A stretch of DNA of 64,000 nt, taken from contig CAIJXJ010000164.1 in assembly GCA_903824575.1 (NCBI GenBank), positions 303-64,302 of the forward strand, given 5' to 3'. Position numbers and translations under genes: made by a program. Positions 28,712-37,332 of this stretch are shown here, piece by piece (the first letter of the stretch is position 1; each line of letters begins with the position of its first letter). The stretch comes from an uncultured Methylobacillus sp. Its GTDB lineage: Bacteria > Pseudomonadota > Gammaproteobacteria > Burkholderiales > Methylophilaceae. The notes beneath the pieces were generated by a model. That model searched no databases and had not been told where the DNA came from. It was given only the letters and a program-made list of their open reading frames with translations.

Positions 28712-28740
28712 AGCCGTTGTTCTGGCAACGCATCAGCGGT

Positions 28741-30519
28741 CTATTTCTGCCAGCTATCCTTTAGCGTCACCGCACGATTGAACACCGGTTTTCCGGGTTT
28801 CGTGTCGCGGCAGTCGGCGACGAAATAGCCATGACGCTCGAACTGATACCCGGCTCCCGCTGCCGCGTTTTCTAGCCCAGGCTCTACCCAAGCGGTGATG
28901 ACCTTGCGGCTGTCCGGATTGAGGCTGTCGAGGAAATCGCGCCCTCCGGCGTCCGGATGCGCCTCAGTGAACAGGCGATCATACAGACGCACCTCGACGG
29001 CTACGCCCTGAATGGCTGACACCCAGGTAATCACCCCCTTGACCTTGACGCTGTCAGCACCTGGCGTGCCGCTCTTGGTGTCCGGCACGATCTCAGCCAG
29101 TACGCTGATGATCTGGCCTGTGGCATCCTTTTCGCAACCGGTGCACCGGATGACATAGCCGTACTTGAGACGCGACAGATTGCCAGGGAACAGGCGGTGG
29201 TAGCCCTTGCTTGGGGTCTCCATGAAGTCTTCGCGTTCGATGAAAATCTCAGGCGTCAGATTGAAGCTGCGGCGCCCCATGGCTTCATGATGTGGATGGA
29301 CCGGAGCCGAGCAGGGTTCGGCGTCTGACGTGCCGAATAGCGCCTGCCAGTTGCTAAGTTTCAGTCTTACCGGGTCGAGAACCGCCATGGCGCGTGCAGC
29401 CTTGGCATCAAGATCATCACGTAGGCATCCTTCCAGCGTAGAGTAATCGATCCAGGAATCGGCCTTGGATACACCGATACGCTCGGCGAACAACTGGATT
29501 GATTCCGGCGTATAGCCGCGGCGCCTGAGCCCGACGATGGTTGGCATACGAGGATCATCCCAGCCATCGACATGATGCTCGGTCACCAGTTGCATCAGCT
29601 TGCGCTTGCTGGTGATGACATAGGTCAGATTGAGGCGGGCGAATTCGTACTGTTTCGGCAACGGATGTGCCAACAGACCAGCATCAGACAAGCGGGCCAA
29701 TACCCAGTCGTAGAAAGGACGCTGATCCTCGAATTCCAGGGTGCAGATGGAGTGTGTAACATTCTCCAACGCGTCCTCGACCGGGTGGGCGAAGGTATAC
29801 ATCGGATAGATACACCACTTGTCGCCGGTGTTGTGGTGGGTGGCGCGCTTGATGCGATAAATGGCCGGATCACGCAGATTGATGTTGGGGGAGGCCATAT
29901 CGATTTTCGCACGCAGTATCATGGCACCATCTTCATGCTGCCCATCGCGCATGGCACGGAACAATGCCAGATTTTCATCCTTGCTACGATTACGCCATGG
30001 CGAATCCGTACCGGCCTGTGTCAATGAACCTCGATTGACGCGCATCTGCTCTGCCGTTTGCTGATCGACATAGGCGTGTCCAGACTGAATCAGCGCCTCG
30101 GCGGCGCGATACATGAAGTCGAAATAATTGCTGGCAAAATACAAGTTAGTGTCGCCAAAACCGGCCCATGAGAATCCCAGCCAACGCACCGAATCGGTGA
30201 TCGAGTCGACGTATTCCTGCTCTTCCTTCTCCGGGTTGGTGTCATCAAAGCGCAGATGACACACACCATCATAATCACGCGCCAAGCCGAAGTTCAGACA
30301 AATGCTCTTGGCATGCCCAATATGGAGGTAACCGTTTGGCTCCGGCGGGAAGCGGGTACGAATTCGTGCAGGGTCGGCATCTCCGCCAGCCTGATGCGAA
30401 GCCTCCCCCGGCGAGTGCGCCCAGCGGCGACTGGCATAAGTCCCTGAGGCCAGATCACGTTCGATAATCTGACGCAGAAAGTTGGAGGCTGGCGTTGCGG
30501 TATTGTTGTCTTCAGACAT
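28741..30519 (-). CDS. glnS: glutamine--tRNA ligase
   Basis: Class I motifs PEPNGYLHIGHAKS (HIGH) and VITSKRKL (KMSKS-like). 592 aa from ATG 30519. Confidence 0.95.
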   Translation of the reverse strand: MSEDNNTATPASNFLRQIIERDLASGTYASRRWAHSPGEASHQAGGDADPARIRTRFPPEPNGYLHIGHAKSICLNFGLARDYDGVCHLRFDDTNPEKEEQEYVDSITDSVRWLGFSWAGFGDTNLYFASNYFDFMYRAAEALIQSGHAYVDQQTAEQMRVNRGSLTQAGTDSPWRNRSKDENLALFRAMRDGQHEDGAMILRAKIDMASPNINLRDPAIYRIKRATHHNTGDKWCIYPMYTFAHPVEDALENVTHSICTLEFEDQRPFYDWVLARLSDAGLLAHPLPKQYEFARLNLTYVITSKRKLMQLVTEHHVDGWDDPRMPTIVGLRRRGYTPESIQLFAERIGVSKADSWIDYSTLEGCLRDDLDAKAARAMAVLDPVRLKLSNWQALFGTSDAEPCSAPVHPHHEAMGRRSFNLTPEIFIEREDFMETPSKGYHRLFPGNLSRLKYGYVIRCTGCEKDATGQIISVLAEIVPDTKSGTPGADSVKVKGVITWVSAIQGVAVEVRLYDRLFTEAHPDAGGRDFLDSLNPDSRKVITAWVEPGLENAAAGAGYQFERHGYFVADCRDTKPGKPVFNRAVTLKDSWQK

Positions 30520-30644
30520 GGCATTAACATTGGATTGAATTGCTGATATTTTACACCGTGCCGTGGCTGGCACTGAAGGCAATTAAGTTCGTATGAATGC
30601 AGAGGCCACAAGTTCTGACGCATCTTTATCCATGGCTTGCGAAG

Positions 30645-30676
30645 TCAGAATCATTCAGAATCATTTCAGAATCAAT
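30645..30676 (+). repeat. three tandem 10-11-nt repeats TCAGAATCA(T)T in the glnS-birA divergent spacer
   Basis: tcagaatcat tcagaatcatt tcagaatcaat, flanked on both sides by GAAGTCA. Confidence 0.8.
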
Positions 30677-30746
30677 GCTGAAGTCATGACTTTCCCTTTT
30701 ATCGACGTTCATCGAGCTGCATCGGCGGTTTATAATCAGGCACACC

Positions 30747-31724
30747 ATGAATGCACTCACTTTCCCCATCCTGCGCCTCCTGGCCAATGGACAGTTTCAG
30801 TCCGGAGAAGCCATGGCGCGGCATTTCGGTGTCACCCGAGCCACGATCTGGAATGCGTTGCAAGATGCAGAAACGCTGGGGGTGCGATTTTTTTCCGTGA
30901 GGGGTAAAGGCTATCGTCTGCCTGAACCGGTCAATTTCATAGACGCCGGGCGTGTGCTTGCCGCGCTTGGAACACGAGGTGCTGAATTTTCTTTGGATCT
31001 GCACGACCAGTTACCCTCCACCAACACACATCTGATGGCTCGAGCCGCGACGGGCGCTCCGCACGGACTGTGTGTGGTCGCTGAACTGCAGACTCAAGGC
31101 CGTGGTCGACGCGGCCGGGTGTGGCAAGCCGGTCTTGGGCATAGCCTGACATTTTCCGTGCTGTGGCGCTTCGACTGTGGCGCCGGCGCACTGTCAGGCC
31201 TCAGTCTGGCGACAGGAATCGCGCTGATGCGTGCCCTGTCCGAGTTGGGCGTATCGAACGCCGGCCTGAAATGGCCCAATGACGTGCTGCATGAACACCG
31301 CAAGCTGGCCGGCATCCTGATCGAACTGAGCGGTGACATGGACGGGCCCAGTGCTGCCGTCATTGGCATCGGCCTCAATTTGCACCTGCCTGAACATTTA
31401 CTGAAAACCATAGACCAGGCCGCGACCGATCTCAACCGGCTCGGCTCACACCCTGCCGACTCGTCCGTCGTGCTTGGATCGGTACTGCGACATCTCGCCA
31501 TGGTGCTGGAGCAATTCGAACAGCAAGGTTTCGATTCACTGCGCGCGGAGTGGATGGCCCTGCATGCCTACGAAAATCGTCCGGTGAGCCTGTTAATGCC
31601 AGATGGTCGTGAAATTGAAGGCATTGCAACCGGCATTGCCATCGACGGCGCACTTCTGGTGAAAACCGAGGCAGGGCTACAGCGCTTTGCCGCTGGCGAT
31701 GTGAGCTTGCGGAGGTTGTCGTGA
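30747..31724 (+). CDS. birA: bifunctional biotin--[acetyl-CoA-carboxylase] ligase / bio operon repressor BirA
   Basis: N-terminal winged HTH, the GRGRRGR motif (QTQGRGRRGRVW) and KWPNDV. Confidence 0.9.
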   Translation: MNALTFPILRLLANGQFQSGEAMARHFGVTRATIWNALQDAETLGVRFFSVRGKGYRLPEPVNFIDAGRVLAALGTRGAEFSLDLHDQLPSTNTHLMARAATGAPHGLCVVAELQTQGRGRRGRVWQAGLGHSLTFSVLWRFDCGAGALSGLSLATGIALMRALSELGVSNAGLKWPNDVLHEHRKLAGILIELSGDMDGPSAAVIGIGLNLHLPEHLLKTIDQAATDLNRLGSHPADSSVVLGSVLRHLAMVLEQFEQQGFDSLRAEWMALHAYENRPVSLLMPDGREIEGIATGIAIDGALLVKTEAGLQRFAAGDVSLRRLS

Positions 31725-32458
31725 TTCTCACCCTCGATGCCGGTAATAGCCGAACCAAGTGGGCCGTATTCGACAGCAATGGCATGATTCTGTCTCAGGG
31801 CGCCATCGACAATGGGCTGATTCCCGACCTGAAAGTTCCTATCCCAGGCTGGCGCAATTGCAGCCGGGCGGTAATTTCCAATGTGGCAGGAGCCCGAATC
31901 GGGCAACAGCTGCAAACCCTGTGCCAGCAACTGGGTTTGCAACCACGCAGCATCAAGGCCACGGCAGCGGCTTGCGGGGTAAGCAATCACTATCTAAGTC
32001 CAGAGCAGCTTGGGGCTGACCGCTGGGCTGCTCTGGTGGCCGCCTGGAACCGCTTTCGAGTACCCTGCGTGGTGGCGATGGCGGGCACTGCGTTGACTGT
32101 GGATGCCTTGTCAGCGGATGGCGAGTTCCTGGGTGGCCTGATCGTGCCGGGCTGGCGCATGATGAACACATCGCTGGCCACCGGCACAGCGGAACTCACT
32201 GAGGCCACGGGGCAGCTGCGGCAATTCCCCCTGCGCACACAGGACGCCATCTGTTCTGGCACCTGGCTGGCGATGGCCGGGGCAGTAGAATCGATGGTCA
32301 GCAGCCTAGCCGCCAGAGAGCAGCAGGCGCCGCTCTGTATCCTGTCGGGTGGTGATGCAACAGGACTGAAGGCTGCGCTTTCCAGCCCGGCTGAGATCAT
32401 CGATAATCTGGTGCTGCAAGGCCTTTGGCTGATAGACGGAGAAACGCGTGAGGTGTGA
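31721..32458 (+). CDS. coaX: type III pantothenate kinase
   Basis: MILTLDAGNSRTKWAVFD is the ASKHA phosphate-1 motif. 4-nt overlap with birA. Confidence 0.9.
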   Translation: MILTLDAGNSRTKWAVFDSNGMILSQGAIDNGLIPDLKVPIPGWRNCSRAVISNVAGARIGQQLQTLCQQLGLQPRSIKATAAACGVSNHYLSPEQLGADRWAALVAAWNRFRVPCVVAMAGTALTVDALSADGEFLGGLIVPGWRMMNTSLATGTAELTEATGQLRQFPLRTQDAICSGTWLAMAGAVESMVSSLAAREQQAPLCILSGGDATGLKAALSSPAEIIDNLVLQGLWLIDGETREV

Positions 32459-32461
32459 GCT

Positions 32462-33118
32462 ATGAAATGGTTAATCGGGCTATTGCTGCTGATCAACATG
32501 CTTGTCCTGGCTTACTTCAAGCTCAGCCAACCCATCCCGGTCGGCATGCCAGGCGGGCATGAGCCAATACAGCCCGAAATGATCAAAATTCTAACGCCTG
32601 AACAGTTGGCGCTGATACCGAAAAAGCCCACTCCCGTTGCTCAACCAAGTCCGGTTGTGAGCGCTTGCTATGAATGGGGAGGATTTTCAGCGGGCAATCT
32701 CTCCCGAGCTAAAAATATTCTCCAGAAGCTGGCTATCGATTTCGAAGTCAAGCCGATCGCCCAACAAGATACGACTCGCTACTGGGTCTATATTCCACCA
32801 CTAGCCAGCGCAGAGAAGGCTCAGGCTAAAATCGAAGAAGTACGTGCACTCGGGGTCAAAGAATCATTTATCATCCAGGATCCGCAATGGCGTAACGCCA
32901 TCTCACTAGGCGTATTCAAAGATGAGACGCTGGCAAGCAAACTACTGGAAGAATTACACGATCGTGGAGTAAAATCTGCCATCAAGGGTATGCGCAATCA
33001 TGATGGCGGGCAATCCAGCATCACGCTCAAAAATGTTTCGGACACAACCGCCGCCGAACTGGAAAAACTATTCCCGGACTTTTCCGGTAGCGAGCTCAAA
33101 AAGGCGGCGTGCCAATAG
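32462..33118 (+). CDS. SPOR domain-containing protein
   Basis: N-terminal TM followed by two repeats of roughly 70 aa with the SPOR-like pattern (RYWVYIPP...AQAKIEEVRALGVKESFII...NAISLGVF). Conserved position after coaX. Confidence 0.65.
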   Translation: MKWLIGLLLLINMLVLAYFKLSQPIPVGMPGGHEPIQPEMIKILTPEQLALIPKKPTPVAQPSPVVSACYEWGGFSAGNLSRAKNILQKLAIDFEVKPIAQQDTTRYWVYIPPLASAEKAQAKIEEVRALGVKESFIIQDPQWRNAISLGVFKDETLASKLLEELHDRGVKSAIKGMRNHDGGQSSITLKNVSDTTAAELEKLFPDFSGSELKKAACQ

Positions 33119-33126
33119 GAGGCAAC

Positions 33127-33261
33127 ATGGGACTGTTCAGGTCAATGCTGAAAAGAGTGGTACTGGTGGCTACGGTGATAGTGGCTAAGCGGGCAACAAC
33201 CCGCATTTTCCACAAAGTGACAGGGAAAATTTTCAGACGACCCCTGACATCCCGCAAGTAA
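33127..33261 (+). CDS. unannotated small ORF, 44 aa, basic with one hydrophobic helix
   Basis: AGGAGG lies 5 nt upstream of ATG 33127. Product is MGLFRSMLKRVVLVATVIVAKRATTRIFHKVTGKIFRRPLTSRK. Below the 60-aa cutoff of the ORF track. Confidence 0.3.
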   Translation: MGLFRSMLKRVVLVATVIVAKRATTRIFHKVTGKIFRRPLTSRK

Positions 33262-33277
33262 TTGTCTGCTGTTTTCC

Positions 33278-33304
33278 TAAAGTTTTACACTGCGCTGCCG
33301 TTAG
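33278..33304 (+). promoter_or_regulatory. sigma-28 (FliA) class III flagellar promoter upstream of flgM
   Basis: TAAAGTTT-N11-GCCGTTAG against the consensus TAAAGTTT-N11-GCCGATAA, 41 nt upstream of the flgM ATG. Confidence 0.65.
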
Positions 33305-33344
33305 CATGTTAGGCTCCACCAGAAAGAGTGATTGAGGAATTACC

Positions 33345-33656
33345 ATGAAAATAGATGGCTCATCCATTACCAGCGCACTGACCGGCAAGACTTCATCTGC
33401 CGCACGCAGCAACAAGACTGCGCCGCAGACCGGTTCAGGCAGCACGGCACTGCAGGACAGCGTCACCCTGTCATCAACATCAGCGCAGATTAAGGCTCTG
33501 GAAACCAGCATTAGCGGGTCGACCGGATTTGATGCGGCCAAAGTCAACGCCCTCAAGCTGGCAATTAGCCAAGGCCAGTTCACCGTCAATCCGGGAGCCA
33601 TCGCCGACAAGCTGATCTCATCCACCCGGGAACTGTTAGCGCAACATTATCAATAA
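33345..33656 (+). CDS. flgM: anti-sigma-28 factor FlgM
   Basis: 103 aa, Ser/Thr-rich disordered N-terminus and a C-terminal FlgM motif (KVNALKLAISQGQFTVNPGAIADKLI). Confidence 0.85.
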   Translation: MKIDGSSITSALTGKTSSAARSNKTAPQTGSGSTALQDSVTLSSTSAQIKALETSISGSTGFDAAKVNALKLAISQGQFTVNPGAIADKLISSTRELLAQHYQ

Positions 33657-33671
33657 AGGCCTGTTAATCTA

Positions 33672-34127
33672 GTGCTCTTTGCCTTCCAGAGTGAATTGGC
33701 AGCTGTTGTCCGCTTCATTGAAATTCTGCAACGCGAGCACGCGGCGTTGATGAATGTCGATGTCAACGCGCTCATGACCATTACCCCGGAAAAACTCAAA
33801 CAAGCCGAACAGTTGAATCAGCTGGCGCAGTCGCGGGTTTCCTCGCTGGCAAGCCTGGGTATCGCCAGTGACCGCCCCCATGTCGAGACTTGGCTGACGA
33901 CCCAGGCGAGCAACATGACAGAGGTTTGGAATGCCCTGATTGAGGCGGCCCGAACGGCACAGCAACTCAACCAGACCAATGGCACCCTGATTGAATCCCA
34001 ACTCAAGAACAACCAGCAAGTACTAAATACTCTGGTCAGCGCTGCCAACCAGTCATCAGTCTATGGCGCAGACGGCCAACCCCGCACGACCTACACCTCG
34101 TCGCAACGCATCCTCGGCAAGGGTTAA
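33672..34127 (+). CDS. flgN: flagellar export chaperone FlgN
   Basis: 151-aa helical protein directly after flgM. GTG start. FlgN-like LxxEExAL pattern (ILQREHAALMNVD). Confidence 0.7.
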   Translation: MLFAFQSELAAVVRFIEILQREHAALMNVDVNALMTITPEKLKQAEQLNQLAQSRVSSLASLGIASDRPHVETWLTTQASNMTEVWNALIEAARTAQQLNQTNGTLIESQLKNNQQVLNTLVSAANQSSVYGADGQPRTTYTSSQRILGKG

Positions 34128-34669
34128 TCCTTTAAGGCGTAAATCGACGGCAGGTTGCGCCACCAGCCGTGTACATCCATGCCACAACCGAAAACATAGC
34201 GATTGGGCAGCTGCAAGCCGACGAAATCGGCACGTATGGGCTTGTCCAGCCCGGTATCCTTTTCCGCCAGTACCGCGATCACCACACGCTCCGCTCCAGC
34301 CTGCAGACAGCGCTCCTGCACTGCCGCCAAAGTATGGCCCTCGTCCAGAATATCGTCGAGCAGCAGCACCGTACGGCCACGTACGTTGTCCCCAGGCGTC
34401 ACCTTCCAGACCAGTTGCTGCCCGCTGGTCCCCTTGTGATACCGGCTCGCCTGAACATAATCAAACTCCAGCGGAAAATTCAGTAAAGTCAGCAACTGCC
34501 CGGTAAACACCACAGCCCCGCCCATGACGCACAACACCAGCGGTTCCGACTCGGCCAGTTCGCGCGTAATTTCAGCGGCCAATCGCAGCATGACTGCGCG
34601 TATTTCATCCTCACAAAAGATAAGATCGGATTTTTCCAGCAACTGGCGGGGGGAAAGGGAATCAGTCAT
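34124..34669 (-). CDS. hpt: hypoxanthine-guanine phosphoribosyltransferase
   Basis: 181 aa. PRPP-binding motif VLLLDDILDEGHTL and C-terminal FVGLQLPNRYVFGCGMD. Confidence 0.85.
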   Translation of the reverse strand: MTDSLSPRQLLEKSDLIFCEDEIRAVMLRLAAEITRELAESEPLVLCVMGGAVVFTGQLLTLLNFPLEFDYVQASRYHKGTSGQQLVWKVTPGDNVRGRTVLLLDDILDEGHTLAAVQERCLQAGAERVVIAVLAEKDTGLDKPIRADFVGLQLPNRYVFGCGMDVHGWWRNLPSIYALKD

Positions 34670-34687
34670 GGCGAACCTTTGGCTTAT

Positions 34688-36562
34688 TCAATCTATGGTT
34701 GTGGTAGCAGGCAGCGTGGCCACGGGGTCGGCAACCGCGTTGATATCCCCCAGGTACTCCTCCACCCAAAATTTCAACTCATGCTTGAGCAAAATCTCAT
34801 CCTTGTCAGCTGCCACCACCACCCATTCCAGCAAGCTGGCCACCCATTCGCCGTCTGCATTTCTGGCACGCGCAATGCGCAACTTCGGATGCGGCGTAGG
34901 CAGGGACTGCTCATCGTCTGCCAGCAACTCTTCATACAATTTCTCACCCGGGCGCAGGCCGCTATAGACCACTTTGATGTCATCCAGACTGAATCCAGAG
35001 AGCCGGATCATCTCTTCGGCAAGGTGTAGGATGCGAATCGGCTCCCCCATGTCCAGCACGAAGATCTCGCCACCCTGCCCCATCAACCCGGCCTGCAGCA
35101 CCAGCTGCGCAGCCTCCGGGATGGACATGAAATAGCGCGTCACTTCAGGATGAGTCACCGTCACCGGGCCACCCCGCGCAATCTGCTCACGGAACTTCGG
35201 GATCACGCTGCCGGATGAGCCCAGCACGTTGCCAAAGCGTACCATGACGAAGCGGGTGCCGTCCGCCTCCTGCAGTCCCTGACAGACCATCTCGGCCAGC
35301 CGTTTGCTCGCACCCATGACGTTGGTAGGGTTGACTGCCTTGTCAGTGGAAATGAGCACCATCTTGGGCACCCCCACCTGCCGGCAGGCGGCTGCAACTG
35401 TGTGCGTCCCCAGCACATTGTTGGTCAGTGCCTCTGCCACATTCTCCCACTCCATCAGCGGCACATGCTTGTAGGCTGCGGCATGAAACACCACAGTCGG
35501 CTGAAATCGACGCAGCGCCCGCAACACCCGTCCGGCATTCTTCACGTCACCGATCACGCAGAAAATGCGTTGCTGTGGCAGGGATTCACGGAATTCCTGC
35601 TCCAGCCGGTACAAGGCATATTCATTCTGTTCGAACAGCACCAGCGACCCAGGTTTGAAGCGAGCAATCTGCCGGCATAGTTCGGAACCTATCGATCCGC
35701 CGGCCCCCGTCACCAGCACCACTTGATCGCCAATCAAATCCTGCAGCCCGGCCTCGTCAAGACGCACCGGGTCACGCCCCAGCAGGTCTTCCACCTCCAC
35801 CCGCCGCAACTGAGAAATGCTGACCCGACCACTGATCAGGTCGTCAAAAGAAGGCACGGTCAGGGTCTCAATGTTAGCCGCGGCGCACAAGTCTAGTACA
35901 CGCCGACGCTCCTGATGTCCAGCCGAGGGCATTGCGATAATGGCATGCGCGGCACTGGTACGGCTACTCCATTCCGCGACATTAGCCAACGCGCCCAACA
36001 CTTGCACGCCATGGATCAGGCGTCCATGCAAATGCGCTTGGTCATCGAGCAAACCCACTACCTGCCAGTCTGGACTGCGCACGAATTCCTTCACCAACAT
36101 CGCCGCCGCCTCGCCTGCGCCCAGGATCAACACCGGCTTGCCCTGCGTTTCCATCAGCCCGTACAGGCTGTGTTCCTTCCAGGCGCGGTAGGCAAAACGA
36201 CTGCCGCCCATCAGCAGGATCAACAGGATAGGATCGAGCACCAGCACGGAGCGCGGCGTCTGATGGTGCAACATCATGACCAGGCTTGCCACGCAGAGGG
36301 CAGCTACGCCAACCGCTGCCAGAATGCGTTTCAGGTCGGGAATGCTGGCAAAACGCCACACGCCGCGGTACAGGCCAAACCGCCAGAACACCAACGCCTG
36401 CAAAGGCAAAACCCACGCCAGCCCCTGCCACATGAACTGCAGGTACAGATCAGGGATCGCAAAGTTGAAGCGCAACAGATAGGCAAGAGCCCAGGCACAG
36501 GCCACGGCAGCCAAGTCATGACCGATTGCCAGTAGCGTGCGTAAATTATTAAGTCGAAACAT
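34688..36562 (-). CDS. membrane-anchored polysaccharide biosynthesis dehydratase, CapD/WbpM/PglF family (UDP-HexNAc 4,6-dehydratase)
   Basis: Four N-terminal TMs, then two Rossmann regions (ILGAGEAA, VLVTGAGGSIGSEL) and STDKAVNPTNVMGASK. Confidence 0.85.
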   Translation of the reverse strand: MFRLNNLRTLLAIGHDLAAVACAWALAYLLRFNFAIPDLYLQFMWQGLAWVLPLQALVFWRFGLYRGVWRFASIPDLKRILAAVGVAALCVASLVMMLHHQTPRSVLVLDPILLILLMGGSRFAYRAWKEHSLYGLMETQGKPVLILGAGEAAAMLVKEFVRSPDWQVVGLLDDQAHLHGRLIHGVQVLGALANVAEWSSRTSAAHAIIAMPSAGHQERRRVLDLCAAANIETLTVPSFDDLISGRVSISQLRRVEVEDLLGRDPVRLDEAGLQDLIGDQVVLVTGAGGSIGSELCRQIARFKPGSLVLFEQNEYALYRLEQEFRESLPQQRIFCVIGDVKNAGRVLRALRRFQPTVVFHAAAYKHVPLMEWENVAEALTNNVLGTHTVAAACRQVGVPKMVLISTDKAVNPTNVMGASKRLAEMVCQGLQEADGTRFVMVRFGNVLGSSGSVIPKFREQIARGGPVTVTHPEVTRYFMSIPEAAQLVLQAGLMGQGGEIFVLDMGEPIRILHLAEEMIRLSGFSLDDIKVVYSGLRPGEKLYEELLADDEQSLPTPHPKLRIARARNADGEWVASLLEWVVVAADKDEILLKHELKFWVEEYLGDINAVADPVATLPATTTID

Positions 36563-36661
36563 TTTTCGTCCGTGTAATGACGGCAACATATTGATGGCTC
36601 ATTTTCATGCCTCGCCAGTATGCCAATACTAAAATCTTGTGCCGCAAGCAATCACAAAAAA

Positions 36662-37048
36662 CTACCAGATTGTTTTAACAGGATATTGTGTAACAAGGGG
36701 GTCTGGCGTCAACAACACCAGGCCGGAATCAATCGCCTGGCATACCAGCATACGATCAAACGGATCGGCATGATATTTTGGCAGTCTGGTTAACTGTAGT
36801 GTGGCGCCCTCATCCAAGGACAGTGCTGTTATTTTGTGCAGTTTCCGGTATTTTGGAACAAACTGGCTTGGTGATTCCGGTAACGGCAACTTGCCCAGAC
36901 CATGCTTGACCACAATCTCCCAACTGGAAACCGCACTCAGATAAACCTCATTGGCAGGATCCGAGAATATCCGCGCCGCCTCTGGCGACAAGGCCGGACT
37001 GTCAGCCACCAGCCACAGAAAGGTGCAAGTATCTAGCAAGACGCGCAA
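36662..37048 (-). CDS. vapC: type II toxin VapC (PIN domain)
   Basis: LLDTCTFLW, SAVSSWEIVVK and HADPFDRMLVCQA are the PIN acidic residues and family pattern. TTG start immediately after the antitoxin TGA. Confidence 0.8.
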   Translation of the reverse strand: MRVLLDTCTFLWLVADSPALSPEAARIFSDPANEVYLSAVSSWEIVVKHGLGKLPLPESPSQFVPKYRKLHKITALSLDEGATLQLTRLPKYHADPFDRMLVCQAIDSGLVLLTPDPLVTQYPVKTIW

Positions 37049-37291
37049 TCAGCGCCCCTCAAATGCCATCCGTGTTTGGTCCGGCAAGGACTCGAAAAAT
37101 GCATCAGGCACACTAAACACCTCTTTTCCCAACCCGATCGGACGAGCCTCGCCGTCCCGCACCGCCAGCGATCTGATTTCTGCGATGGGTGCATTACGGC
37201 GACACAACACGATGGTTTCACCTTCATGCAGATCCGCCAGATATTTCGAAAGATGCGTTTTCGCTTCATGGATATTGAGCTGTATTGGCAT
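37049..37291 (-). CDS. type II antitoxin, Phd/YefM-like
   Basis: MPIQLNIHEAKTHLSKYLADLHEGETIVLCRRNAPIAEI is a typical prevent-host-death-type N-terminus. Directly upstream of the PIN toxin. Confidence 0.75.
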   Translation of the reverse strand: MPIQLNIHEAKTHLSKYLADLHEGETIVLCRRNAPIAEIRSLAVRDGEARPIGLGKEVFSVPDAFFESLPDQTRMAFEGR

Positions 37292-37332
37292 TCCTTAGTC
37301 TCCTACTGAACTAACAATGAAGTCTAATACAC

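Noticed and set aside
30645-30676. Whether the tandem repeats (here, the heptamer arrays and the REP-like units) could be a small CRISPR array.
   Set aside because: The units are contiguous, with no spacers, or far too short (7-12 nt). No repeat-spacer periodicity of 55-75 nt and no cas genes occur anywhere in the window.
30593-30907. 104-aa plus-strand ORF spanning the glnS-birA spacer and the birA 5' end.
   Set aside because: It is out of frame with birA and overlaps it by 160 nt. It has no Shine-Dalgarno sequence and no motif. The repeats in its 5' part are better explained as regulatory DNA.
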